Origin: Octopus vulgaris
Lineage: Eukaryota
Direction: 5' to 3'
Assembly: GCA_951406725.2 (NCBI GenBank)
Contig: OX597833.1
Coordinates: forward strand, 67,518,001-67,582,000
DNA: 64,000 bases
The position numbers and the translations under genes are program-made. Positions 13,841-27,192 of the stretch are shown piece by piece. The number at the start of each line of letters is the position of its first letter. The first letter of the stretch is position 1. Below the pieces are notes generated by a model. It searched no databases and was not told where the DNA came from. It saw nothing but the letters and a program-made list of their open reading frames with translations.

Positions 13841-14110
13841 TGTTTCTTTATTAACCACACAGGGCTGCACACAGACGGGACAGATTATAAAGTAGAGCTT
13901 TTCTTTATGGGGAGAAAAGAACAAAAAGGTGGGGTAGGTTTTCGATCAAAAGGGATCGTAAAAGAGAAAGAAAAAAAAAATGGTCAATAGAGATCGTGTA
14001 TCACAGAAATGTCATGATGTAAAGTGTAAAGGGGGAAGCAGATAGGGTTTATCCGTGGAAAGAAAAGCCCAGGGAAAAGACCACGGCAACCTCGGTCAAT
14101 AATGTCACCT
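13841..14110 (-). mobile_element. Probable LINE 3'UTR fragment embedded in (GATA)n
   Basis: Non-coding segment ending (minus strand) tgtcccgtctgtgtgcagccctgtgtggttaataaagaaaca; GATA repeats on both sides. Confidence 0.55.
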
Positions 14111-14132
14111 GTTAACACATTTGTTTGCAAGT

Positions 14133-14148
14133 AGACAGACAGATAGAC

Positions 14149-14216
<68 letters not shown>

Positions 14217-14249
14217 GGATAGATAGATAGATAGATAGATAGATATATG

Positions 14250-14312
<63 letters not shown>
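14133..14312 (+). repeat. (GATA)n microsatellite
   Basis: Direct reading. Confidence 0.95.
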
Positions 14313-14313
<1 letters not shown>

Positions 14314-14897
14314 TGTCTGTAAGTATATGGGGGAATGAGATGACAAAGAAATTAGCAATTATGTTATGAATTTGTTTTCCTTGCAGTTCTTTGTAGCATA
14401 AGATGCAGTAGACTCATTGTTGAGTGCCTGAATAGCACACCGTATTAGGGGAGCACCAAGTATGAAACACAACTGTTTCTCATAACAGAAACAAAGTAAT
14501 GGATTATGCCCTTGAATTCTTAATTTCTTCTCATCACCTTGTACTGGACTAACACTTTGTTCTGAAGTATTGTATATTGACTTCTACACAGCATTATTCG
14601 AATCGCAATGCCGAAGCTATATAATATACATAAATTTTTAAAATATTTTTCGTACAACCAGTTTTATTAAAATTTACTTTCAATTTAGCATTCTGCCTTG
14701 TTATAATTTTCCCTCTCCTATCATTTCTCCACGTGCGGTCAACACAACCCCACCATTTACTGACTTATAAATATATAAATATATATATTATAAATAGATG
14801 AGTGTATTTTACCTTGTTAACAATTAACACGGAATTAACATGTGTCGAAAGTAAAAATATTTGATTTACACCTGCGTTAAACTCCATTTATTTATTC

Positions 14898-14947
<50 letters not shown>

Positions 14948-14984
14948 CTGTGTGTGTGTGTGTGTGTATATATATACTTATTTA

Positions 14985-15018
<34 letters not shown>

Positions 15019-15065
15019 AAGAGAGAGAGAGAGAGAGATCCACATATACATGCGTAGAAATACCT

Positions 15066-15114
<49 letters not shown>

Positions 15115-15469
15115 TATGTATGTTGCTGCCCAATGAACTTTTAGACACAACCTGCTCCTGCTGATGCAAACCCATGTCACTGGCAAATCAACAGATCAAG
15201 TAATTAACAAAGTGAACATATCACTGATGTCATAAGAAGACTGCCATCTTGTTTCTTCGACTGCCTTTATTTTTCCTTTCAGGAATTCCTTTCCTATTAT
15301 TTTTAGAAAATCTCTGAGTCGTATCAACCGGAAGAGACAGATACATGCTTCCATTAAAAAAAGTATGAGCTATGGCCTATGGTTGCAAATTTATCCCTTC
15401 ACATTTTAAACCACGCTGTTGGATAAATTGGTTGTTATGAGATTATATGGATAACGTTATATAAGGAAT

Positions 15470-15900
15470 TATTATATTTCGGAATGGTCATTTTGCCAGT
15501 TTAGCCAATAAAAACACACGCACTATATATTTGATGTTACTTTGCTTCAGTGTTATTTATTTTTTACATTAATCTTAATCTTATTTCGGCCAGAGTTCTT
15601 TCGTCACACTCCTGTGACCGCATCAGTGATCCTTTGTTTTCTTCTTTCTTATTTGTGTCTCTCCTTACTAACTGTCAGTCATTTTGTCACTGATGCAGTC
15701 ACAGGAGTGTGACGAAAGAACTCTGGCCGAAGTAAGATTAAGATTAATGTAAAAAATAAATAACACTGAAGCAAATTAACATCAAATATATAGTGCGTGT
15801 GTTTTTATTGGCTAAACTGGCAAAATGACCATTCCGCAGTATAACAATATCTGTTTCAACACACAGCTTCACATAAAAAATCTTGCACAACAAATATATA
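15470..15900. mobile_element. Fold-back (inverted-repeat) Penelope-like insertion with 17-bp target-site duplication
   Basis: Arms 15480-15629 and 15687-15836 are near-perfect reverse complements; flanking direct repeat aacgttatataaggaat at 15453-15469 and 15901-15917; each arm has a hammerhead-like motif. Confidence 0.8.
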
Positions 15901-16655
15901 AACGTTATATAAGGAATATATGTGTATATATGTATACATTCATGCGTGTGTGTGCGTGTGCGCGCCTATGTTTGTGTATTAATTGCAGGTGTCTGGAAGG
16001 TCTCTGGAATTCCACACAGAATTTATTGATTGCCCCATCGTTATATCATATGACACCACACGCATTCCGGTGGCATGAAATCGTACTGTGAACACCGGTG
16101 TTTACAGATCGAGTTACTCTGCAATACAGTTTAGAATTCCATTGCTATATTGGTTGTGGCAATACAAAATCTATATATCCAGCCTTCCTTAAATTCTGTC
16201 TCAAATTTTCGCATATGTGCTGTTTTCTTTTCTATTAAATTTCCACACATTATTTGAATTATATGATGCTTGCTAATCTCGTAAATATAAAACACAAGGG
16301 AAATACGAACATTTCTAGAACAGGTAAGTTAATCATACAGGAACAATGAAGGCTTATGAAAACTAACTCAAACATATATAGCTAAAGGCATTAGATCTCA
16401 AGAGGCAGAAGTTTTAAAAAAAATAAAATTCGGTGGTTCTCTAGATACACGTATACCGAAATAAACATAAGGATAAAGAGATAGAACACATATAAAAAAA
16501 AAAAAAACGAAATAAATTTTGTTTTGCGAGATAAATCAACACGATATATGTGTATATGGAAATTAATGATATTATACAAGCGTATTAGCATGGCTTGAAA
16601 CAAGAATTTAAAACAGTTTGCGAAGTAGAAATCCCTCGAGCAGCATCTTATAATG

Positions 16656-16705
<50 letters not shown>

Positions 16706-16820
16706 ATATATGTATATATATATATATATATATATACATATACATACATATTCATATATATATGTATGTATATATGTATATCTGTATATATATACATATA
16801 TACATGTGCATGCATAAATA

Positions 16821-16877
<57 letters not shown>

Positions 16878-16881
16878 ATGC

Positions 16882-16974
<93 letters not shown>

Positions 16975-17318
16975 TATGCATGCTTGTAGTATGTATCTAA
17001 GCGTAAATTAATACACGAGAAAACTCTACATAGGCGTACAAATACCTAGAGTGAAACAAAGAACTTCTTATATACATATGTGCATTTAAAACATCTCACT
17101 TTTTGGATACTTCCGCACCATACAAGAACAATAAATCCCATGCAATATGTTCTACACAAAAGGCAGAAATCATCAAGTTACAAAAAAGTGCCAATTGTGC
17201 AGTTTCAAAATTAAAGAACTCAGTTACATTATTCCTAAGTACGAGAAGGTGCATTCGATGTTGTGCATCTACTTTGGTATTGTGGGGTAGCCTATGTCAT
17301 ATACAATATGTATAAACG

Positions 17319-17355
<37 letters not shown>

Positions 17356-17483
17356 ACACACACACACATGTAGAATGCTGAAAATAATACGCGAGTTGAA
17401 ATGTATAAGGAAAATAAGACCAGGTAGAAAATACTAAAATAATCTTATCATGAAATACATTTTGTAATGGTCATACACAGATA

Positions 17484-17550
<67 letters not shown>

Positions 17551-17552
17551 AT

Positions 17553-17936
17553 GTGGAAGCACTTCGTCGGTTACGACGACGAGGATTCCGGTTGATCCGA
17601 TCAACGGAACAGCCTGCTCGTGAAATTAACGTGTAAGTGGCTGAGCACTCCACAGACACGTGTACCCTTAACGTAGTTCTCGGGGATATTCAGCATGACA
17701 CAGAGAGTGACAAGGCCGGCCCTTTGAAATACAGGTACAACAGAAACAGGAAGTAAGAGTGAGAGAAAGTTGTGGTGAAAGAGTACAGTAGGGATCACCA
17801 CCATCCCCTGCCGGAGCCTCGTGGAGCTTTAGGTGTTTTCGCTCAATAAACACTCACAACGCCCGGTCTGGGAATCGAAACCGCGATCCTATGACCGCGA
17901 GTCCGCTGCCCTAACCACTGGGCCATTGCGCCTCCA
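17553..17936 (-). mobile_element. tRNA-derived SINE (family C), full length
   Basis: Minus-strand head ggaggcgcaatggcccagtggttagggcagcggactcgcggtc...ggtttcgattcccagacc with A and B boxes, followed by a distinct body of about 300 nt. Confidence 0.85.
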
Positions 17937-18369
17937 CTTATATACATATATACATATGTGTATATATATGTTCTATGTCTACTTACTTTCTATGTATACT
18001 TACCAACTGATTGGTATGCACTCTGAGTACTCAATTTGCTATACCACCAGAGCTACAGTTGGAACTTCAATTAAAACTGCGATTTTGAGAGTGGTTTTAT
18101 GAAGCTGTTAAGAGTGGTTTCTCCTTGAGCTGATAGTTCTAGATCGAAATTGAAATGAAAAGGTAAGACTTTGGCAATCCTTAACAAGAATATTTAATTT
18201 AGATAGTCTGTGTGTCCCACCAAAATTGACACCATTTGAAATGTGATTATCTGAGTAACTACATGTCCTAGATAAGCAAAATTTAATCGGCTTTATGTTG
18301 AACAATGAATGATTTATACATCGGTGATCGAACAAGAGTCTGAGAGAGATTAAGATTTTGTAACCAATT

Positions 18370-18850
18370 TCTCAAAGCTTCACAAATTTTTCAATATGCC
18401 CATCTCCCCTCACATGACGCACGTCACGTCGGTAGTCCATCTCCTGTCAAACACTGCTGTGACATATGTTGTGTAACATTTTGCAGCACCTCAGTGATTC
18501 TCAGCTTGACTTCTTCTACGATCGTATGAAGAGTGGGGAAACATAGATCCGTCGTTTGATGTGGCCCCCATAAAAAAAAATCACAAGGTGTCAAGTCAGC
18601 TGTATGGTGTAGCCATTTCAACAGAACATTGTCATTGTCACTAACTCACTCGATTTACTCTACCTGGTAACCTCTGACTGATGGGAGCCCGTACACTCAG
18701 CTTCCAGTGACATGGCGTCCCATCATGTTGAAAAATGAAGTGTTCATGCTTATTTGCAATGGGCTCAACAAATAATCATTTCTGAAACATTTGTACATAA
18801 ACATAGCTGGTCACGTTCCCCACAAACAAAAAAGGCGCGTTAAGACGATT
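18370..18850 (-). pseudogene. Decayed Tc1/mariner-superfamily transposase C-terminus (rosa/DD41D-like)
   Basis: FQHDGTPCH and DLTPCDFFLWG motifs, ..EEVKLRITE..; disrupted. Confidence 0.75.
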
Positions 18851-19167
18851 CGTTGTTGAAATTTGAAATCATTTCAGCGACAACCACCTACGCTATTAGG
18901 GAGAATCCCTGATTAATAATATAGAAGATTTTATTTTTATATAACTGAATTAAGTTTCTTTGTTAGTCAAGTCTTTCCAAACTTCTTACTTCGCCATTTC
19001 TGCTACGGGTGTGCCAGCACACACGAGATTGAGACATGGCCAACCTCACGCACTTCTCAGGAATTCAGGAAGGAGCTTCGTGACACGACTGCTGAGATGC
19101 TTCCGGGTAAAAACCCAGAAAAACCGTTGGAAAACCTATTATAGCAACGATTCTATCAATACCCAGG

Positions 19168-19207
19168 GATATCTGAAGAAGGAATTTTTATTCCGAAATA
19201 TTATATC
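19168..19207 (+). ncRNA. Minimal type I hammerhead ribozyme motif (Penelope-type)
   Basis: GATAT-CTGAAGAA-GGAAT TTTT ATTCC-GAAA-TATT-ATATC: 5-bp stem I, 5-bp stem II, intact CUGANGA/GAAA core, palindromic AATATT at stem III. Confidence 0.65.
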
Positions 19208-19271
19208 AGACTATGGAGGACTAAATGTCTATATTTTAGTGCATTTTTGTGTCATTCAAAACATTTATTCT

Positions 19272-19332
<61 letters not shown>

Positions 19333-19430
19333 TGATAATAATAATAATAATATGAGGGAATATTATTCCAAACTTACAGGGAAAAATTCAGTTTAGAACT
19401 ACTAAATCAAATTTCACAAAATATGATATA

Positions 19431-19466
<36 letters not shown>

Positions 19467-19476
19467 TGTATGTATC

Positions 19477-19533
<57 letters not shown>

Positions 19534-20071
19534 ATCTGTTTGTATATGCTTATGTCTGTGTTTATGTATGTGTGCGCGCACGTGTGAACGCGCGTTGCCT
19601 AGTTTGCAGGGTAATCGGTTCATGAGTCTTGAGTTTGGCTCCCAATGATTCGTTGTGCCTATGTGTCTACTCAGCTGTCAAAAGTCAGTCATTCCTGTAC
19701 ATCAAAGAGTCAGCCTTGTCGAATCCTGTGTCATACATACGTACATGCAGACGCTGCCAGGATGGTACGACTCTCAGAGATGTGAGCCTTCAGTTGATGA
19801 TGCAACAAGTGACAGCGGTTGATTTACAAGATGTAAGGAGTGCGTGAGCATTAAGGAGGGCCCCTACCGTCAACTCCGCAACGGGAAGTCATTTCGATTC
19901 ATAGACGAATAACACAACGATTGCTTTATGCTCTCTCATCGCAACAATTTCTCATGATGGACGCCTACACTGACCAAAGTTGACTGAAAGATATCTTTTC
20001 TTCAATTAGTAACACAATATCTCAAAGTAATTTGTTTTAAGACGATAGGTTTTAGGAAAGAAACAATATAG

Positions 20072-20800
20072 AGCGCAGGAGTGGCTGTGTGGTAAGCAGC
20101 TTGCTAACCAACCACATGGTTCCGGGTTCAGTCCCACTGCGTGGCATCTCGGGCCAAGTGTCTTCTGCTATAGCCCCGGGCCGACCAATGCCTTGTGAGT
20201 GGATTTGGTTGAGGGAAACTGAAAGAAGCCCGTCGTATATATGTATATGTAGGCGCAGGAGTGGCTGTGTGGTAAGTAGCTTGCTAACCAACCACATGGT
20301 TCCGGATTCAGTCCCACTGCGTGGCATCTTGGGCAAGTTTCTTCTGCTATAGCCCCGGGCCGACCAATGCCTTGCGAGTGGATTTGGTAGACGGAAACTG
20401 AAAGAAGCCCGTCGTATATATGTATATGTAGGCGCAGGAGTGGCTGTGTGGTAAGTAGCTTGCTAACCAACCACATGGTTCCGGATTCAGTCCCACTGCG
20501 TGGCATCTTGGGCAAGTTTCTTCTGCTATAGCCCCGGGCCGACCAAAGAAGCCTGTCGGTATATATATATGTATATATATATATATATATATATAAGTGT
20601 GTGTGTATATGTTTGTGTGCCTGTGTTTGTCCCCCTAGCATTGCTTGACAACCGATGCTGGTGTGTTCACGTCCCCGGCAAAAGAGACCGTTAGAATAAA
20701 TACTGGGCTTACAAAGAATAAGTCCCGGGGTCGATTTGCTCGACTAAAGGCGGTGCTCCAGCATGGCCGCAGTCAAATGACTGAAACAAGTGAAAGAGTA
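20072..20800 (+). mobile_element. Family A SINE with three tandem head+CORE units (179-bp period) and one tail
   Basis: Heads start at about 20072, 20252 and 20431; single tail ending gactgaaacaagtgaaagag. Confidence 0.92.
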
Positions 20801-21089
20801 TATATAATTAAAATTAAGGGATAAGAAATATTTTGAACCCCACTGTATAGTGTACATCATTCAAGCGTTAATTCATCTACTTAATCTTTTAAAGTGTGAA
20901 TGTAATACTCCACAAATTCCCCCGTCACCATTCAGCTAAAATTTATAATTCTTAATGAATATATATTTCGCTCTCGGCTAAATTTACAGGAAACTGTTTA
21001 GTAGAAAAATATTTCAAATTACGAAATAATTGTAGTAACAAACTTTTGAAGTATATATAAATATGTGTACGTACATACATACATACATA

Positions 21090-21183
<94 letters not shown>

Positions 21184-21230
21184 CATACATATATATGCAC
21201 ATATTTATATATATATATATATGTGTATAT

Positions 21231-21261
<31 letters not shown>

Positions 21262-21415
21262 TGCATATATATATATATGTATGTATGTATGTATGTATGC
21301 ACGCATGTATCTGTGAAGGTATATATTGCTTTATGTGTGCGTGTTCGCGTGTGTGTTTGTGCGTTTGCATGCGCGAGTGCCTGTGTGTGTGTGTATGTGT
21401 GCGTGCGTTTGTGCG

Positions 21416-21454
<39 letters not shown>

Positions 21455-22011
21455 TCTTTGTTAATTGATTTCATTAACAGTGATGACAGAAGTTCGTCGA
21501 AGTTTCTTTTCATCTGCTCTTCTTTCCATCTTTACTAATGAAACCAGACCCGACACCAAACTTCATCCATATTATTAATACAGCGGCGATATCCTAAATT
21601 CCTTTGATGTTCTCACCTCACTAATTAGCAATTTTAAACACAGTGACGTCATATCACATACATTATATATCTTCTGTCTCATGTGGTTTATCTCTGTGCT
21701 TCTTTGTGCGCGTGCGTGTTTGCCTATTTGTATTAATATACACCATATTGTTCCTCATTACTAGAAAATATGTTTTTATAATTGTGGTTTTCATTATTGT
21801 CTTTTAACCATTAGTCGACCCTAATAAATCCTTCCTTTCCTCAATGACATCGAAGTCGTATGAATAAGCCCTGATCCTCACGCTGAACCCCAATCATTAT
21901 ATTAAAAGTACGGGGATCCTGCAAAATGGCCAGAATATTGCGAAAGGATACGAATATAAAGAAGGTTGCTTAGGACATGCGCACAGTCTCCCTATGTGAC
22001 AAGTGAAAATA

Positions 22012-22242
22012 TATTTCTTTACTGTCCACAAGGTCCTAAACATCGAGGGGACAAACAAGGACAGACAAACGGATTAAGTCGATTGCATCGATCCCAGTGC
22101 GAAACTGGTGCTTTATTTATCAACCCCGAAAGGATGAAAGGCAAAGTCGACCTCGGCGGAATTTGAACTCAGAACGTAGCGGCAGACGAAATACCGCTAA
22201 GCATTTCGCCCGGTGCGCTAACGTGTCTGCCAGCTCGCCGCC
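22012..22242 (-). mobile_element. Meta-type SINE (family B), full length with 15-bp TSD
   Basis: Meta-like core ccgaggtcgactttgcctttcatcctttcgggg; TSD tgacaagtgaaaata at 21997-22011 and 22246-22260. Confidence 0.92.
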
Positions 22243-22465
22243 TTATGACAAGTGAAAATAAACTTACTACAAACCTTAGTATCTTTCCTGCTTCAGAGGT
22301 CCTGTCCAGTGCATGGCATAAGCATTCATGTCCGGCCTCGATTCCCTTTTTTGCTTTCTGTAGCAGTTCAACTTCCTGATGTTTAACTGTTTCAGCTCTG
22401 ACCTCCTGAAACTTATTTTACCATATACTTGGCACTCCACCAGTGCTACGGTATAGAGCGTTTCA

Positions 22466-22880
22466 GGCGGCGAGCTGGCAGGAACGTTAGCACGCCGGGC
22501 GAAGTGCTTTGCCGTATTTCGTCCGCCGCTGCGTTCTGATTTCAAATTCCGCCGAGGTCGACTTTGCCTTTCATCCTTTCGAGGTCGATAAATTAAGTAC
22601 CAGTTACGCACTGGGGTCGATATAATCGACTTAATCCGTTTGTCTGTCCTTGGTTGTCCCCTCTGTGTTTAGCCTCTTGTGGGTAGTAAAGAAATAGGTA
22701 TTTCGTCTGCCGCTACGTTCTGAGTTCAATTTCTGCCGAGGTCGACTTTGCCTTTCATCCTTTCGGGGTCGATAAATTAAGTACCAGTTACGCGGTGGGG
22801 TCGATGTAATCGACTTAATCCGTTTGTCTGTCCTTTTTTGTCCCCTCTGTGTTTAGCCCCTTGTGGGTAGTAAAGAAATA
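22466..22880 (+). mobile_element. Meta-type SINE dimer (full unit plus 5'-truncated unit) within one 13-bp TSD
   Basis: Second unit restarts at about 22697 (ggtatttcgtctgcc); TSD tatagagcgtttc at 22452-22464 and 22883-22895. Confidence 0.9.
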
Positions 22881-22959
22881 GCTATAGAGCGTTTCTACGA
22901 TATAAAGTTGAGAAAAACAAACCATCCACCGGTAAACCGGTGATAAGGGCTCAAAGAGT

Positions 22960-23290
22960 TAATGCTTTTCTCTTCCATCCGTTTCATCAAACTCGACATC
23001 CGTATCTTCTTTCTCCTTACTCTCCTTCTATTCTCTCCAGTATCCTATGTCGCCACTAAATTTTCCAGACCCTCTTACCTCATCACATGATCGACTCGAA
23101 GCAGTTTCCTACTTACTGCAACCCGGGACATCACTTCACTATTAGACACTTTGTTCATGCTTTCTTCAATATTCTCTTTACGAATCACGTTTCACAGCTT
23201 TTCAAGCACTTTCTCCTTGATGTTATAGACAATCCTTCACATTAGACAGAACGTAGACACAGTAGATCAACATACGGATCTTATTCTTGG
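22960..23290 (-). mobile_element. Decayed RTE-clade LINE fragment
   Basis: Minus strand reads in pieces RILKK..SNSEVMSRVAVSRKLL..HVMR*EGLENLV, resembling the RTE C-terminal region. Confidence 0.55.
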
Positions 23291-23931
23291 TGTTCAGAGC
23301 ATGGTTTCTATACTGTAGTACAGAAGAAGCCATCATATTATAGAACACTTTTTAAATTATCTAAAATGATCGAATATTTATGGATTTTACGGTTTTATCC
23401 TTGCTCACGACACTATTATAAATAAATTTATTTGCTAATATCAAACTTCGCATTTCTATCGAAAGTCATTTTAAGAATATTTGAACACTGTAACCTCAAT
23501 TCGGCCAACCTTAGTATTAGAAGCGATTTATCAGTATTAGTTACAAATCAATAATTATGTTATATCAATTTAGATTTCGGTCCACGCCCGTAAGGAAGAA
23601 ATTCTGCATACTAACACCAATGCACTCGACATCCGGTGGAACGGTTGCAAATATATAAATTGAACGCCAGATCGCCATTAAGATGTCCACTAGGCTAATA
23701 ATTCACTGCAATTATTTTATAATTCTAGGATTGTGCAAATACCTGAGGTATCCATTTACAACTAATAAAAACAAATTCAATATAACTATAATGTTTAATT
23801 CCATTGGAAATAGCAAAAACAGCCTCTAGTATCACACGGATCTTCAGGCTTTTTAAGCAGTAACAGTTTATTAAATTTTAGCAAATCACAATGGTATGCT
23901 ATCGCTTCAGTTTAAAAAAATTCTCGCCACA

Positions 23932-24222
<291 letters not shown>

Positions 24223-25650
24223 ACATGATTATTCAACTGGCAGCGGATATGCGTAACCAAGTAAACGGATTGGAGCTTAGAAGTAGGAATATATGAGTTC
24301 AATGTTGCTTTTCAGGTTATCAACTGCATCATAGGCGTAGTAATTTGCGGCCTTTTTGGTTAGAGTGTTCATCTCACAGATATGGCGTGGTAGGTTCAAT
24401 TCCTAAGCCGGACAAAGCACCGTGGTCTTTAGCAAAACAGTTTGTTTCACGCTACCGCCATTTAATCTGAAGTAACCCGTACCAGTTAGTCTGCAGCTGG
24501 AGGTCGATTTCTCATCTCTAGTTCTTCCTTCTCTCTCTCCCTCATCCCTCTCTCTCTCTCACTCTTTCTCTCCCTCACTCTTTGTCTGTCTTTCTGCTTG
24601 GTGAATTGTGTGAGGGTTAAGAAAGTTTCGATGTTCGCTCGTGAATACCGAGGTACCTAAAGCAATTAGCAAAAGGACGGTACATAGGACCAAGTCATAC
24701 ACGCTTGCTAACCACAGATGGATGAAAAATTGACGAAGTATGCAATACAAATTCAAGGCGACAATTGAAGTAAGAAGCAATTCATGTCAGAAGTCGATGC
24801 CAAACTAAATTCGTTTAAATTAATGGGATCACAGGCAAAACGAAAGAGGAGAGTTGTGGCTGTGGTTGCTATTTCATAACTTAAGGTAACCTCTGGTCGA
24901 AGAAAACTATGACCATTAGCTTACCTGTCGTAAAAAAATATTATCCTGCTAATTGTTTAAAGAAGATAACTCTAAGAAGAGAACAAAGTGTGATCTTGTA
25001 TTCTGTCAAATGAATCATTATAACAGATTCCATTCATCTCAAAATATTTTACCATTATATATCATTTGTGTAATTTAAAATTTCATTTGCACTTAAAAAT
25101 TTCTTAAAATTCAACCAAATTTAATAAATGAAAAGTGTTGTCAAAATTAATCGGAACACAGAGACTACTAACATAATCTTATCAGCGAAAAATATAATTA
25201 ATATTTCTTCGAAATACAATATAGATAGCTTGACACTATCGATCGCTGTTCATTAAGCGTAATTGAGTAATCTTCCACACAAAAGACTTCCATTCAACAG
25301 ATTTAAAAGCCTCTTACAAATACCCGAGTGCGGATTTTCACAAATCACATGAGATGAAAGCGCTTCTCCGGTTTCTTAGAGAAAGAATAATACAATTATT
25401 ATTCTTATAAATAATAATGCCATTTTCATAATCATTATTAAGCAAGCGATTATAACTACAATTAATAAAAATAATGGAAATAATAGTCCGACAAAATGAG
25501 GGGTTTCTGAGAATGAGGAGGTGAAATAGCCAAGAGTGTGCTTTCATGGTTTCTGTAGCCGTCGCAATGATTGTGTATTTTCTTTTGTTTTGTTGTTCTT
25601 GTGGCTGCTATTGTTCATGTTGCTCACACAGACATAGACTTCAATATACG

Positions 25651-25754
<104 letters not shown>

Positions 25755-25797
25755 CAAACAAACGTATACGTACGTATGTACATGCATACGTACATAG

Positions 25798-26990
25798 GTA
25801 CAGATGTGCGGTGAATAAATTGTCGTCTAAACTACGCAAAAATGAAAATAACACTGACATCTCATTTTAACAGACATATTTATCTAAATTGCATAAAAGT
25901 GTCTTGGAATACTAATGAGTAAAATTATTCAATAAAACCGCAATTGACTTCAATCATGGTCTCTGGACGACTTCGGAATCTCCTGCAAATCTTCTGGACG
26001 GTCTCCTTGTTTAAGTTGGTGAATGCTGCCATAATCCTTGCCTTCAAGTCATCTTTGGTGTTACAAGGAATTTCTTCGGTGTTACAAGGAATGTACCCCA
26101 CACATAATAATCAAGGGTATTGTAGTCTCGGGGAGTTAAGTCACCAGAAGTTAGGAGTGATGTAGTCGTAGAAATTGTCTGACAACCATGAGTGGGTTCT
26201 GCTGCTTGTGTGGAATGGAGCAGAGTCCTATTGGCAGACATAGGGTCTTCCAGCAGCCAGCCTCTTAACTCAGCGCAGTCCTACCCTCTCCAGGCACTTG
26301 ATGTAGGCCACTGTGTTGAGTCTGAGGCCGTGTGAGAAGATAAATGGAAGCATAACGTCGCCATCATTAGTGGTCACTTCAAGCAACATGATGTTGACTA
26401 GATGTTTGATTTTTATCACTCTTGGTACATATTTTGGGCACACAGCAAGTGAACGGTTCTTCTAAGTTTTCACCATTTGATCCTGACATAAAATGTTCTT
26501 GTTTGAGCATCATCGATTGCAGTGTATGCTTGAGTTCGTTCAAAAGCTTCCTACTGCGGTCTTTCCTCTTGCCGTTGATGGCTTGGGATAAAAACTGGCC
26601 CTTACTAATCTAGTATGGGGAATACCTATTTCTTTATAACCCACAAGGGGCTAAACACAGATGGGACAAACAAGGACAGACATAGGTATTAAGTCGATTA
26701 CATCGACCCCAGTGCGTAACTGGTACTTAATTTATCGACCCCGAAAGGATGAAAGGCAAAGTCGACCTCGGCGACTCACAACGTAACGCAGACGAAATAC
26801 CGCTAAGCATTTCGCCCGGCGCGCTAACGTTTCTGCCAGCTCGCCGCCGATATATGGGGAATACCAAATGTCATCATGCACTACCTGCCTGATAAGAAAC
26901 ACGGACACTAGCATATCCCTGGTGATGGACCAGATTGACTTGCAGAGGGCTCGTTCTCAATCATGGCCCGGATGCCTGGATCTCACCAAC
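25798..26990 (-). pseudogene. Decayed maT/Tc1-like transposon interrupted by a SINE
   Basis: LDYYVWG motif, AAGRPYVCQ*DSAPFHTS, SDGDVMPPFIF-like and HGLRLNTVAYIKCLE segments. Confidence 0.8.
26627..26848 (-). mobile_element. Meta-type SINE (family B) nested in the transposon, 13-bp TSD
   Basis: TSD tatggggaatacc at 26614-26626 and 26853-26865. Confidence 0.92.
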
Positions 26991-27192
26991 AAACACACAC
27001 ACACGCACACACAAACACACACACATACACACACACACACACATATATATATTATATTAAATTAGAGATAAAACCACTATTAGGCAAATCAAACAATGAA
27101 AAACATAAGCCAATACATAAGATTAATTAATTTATATTATTTTAAATATATATCAAAAATGTTAAAAGTTTAATAAAGGATAATGAGTAAAA

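Noticed and set aside
14360-14586. Stop-free minus frame of about 74 codons (KSIYNTSEQSVSPVQGDEKKLRIQ...)
   Set aside because: Weak acceptor, no start codon, no recognisable motif.
17860-17936. tRNA-like sequence with A and B boxes
   Set aside because: It is the head of a SINE continuous with a body of about 300 nt; I could not establish a complete cloverleaf.
20052-20641. Repeated peptide MPRSGTEPGTMWLVSKLLTTQPLLR in many ORFs
   Set aside because: Antisense translation of family A SINE heads.
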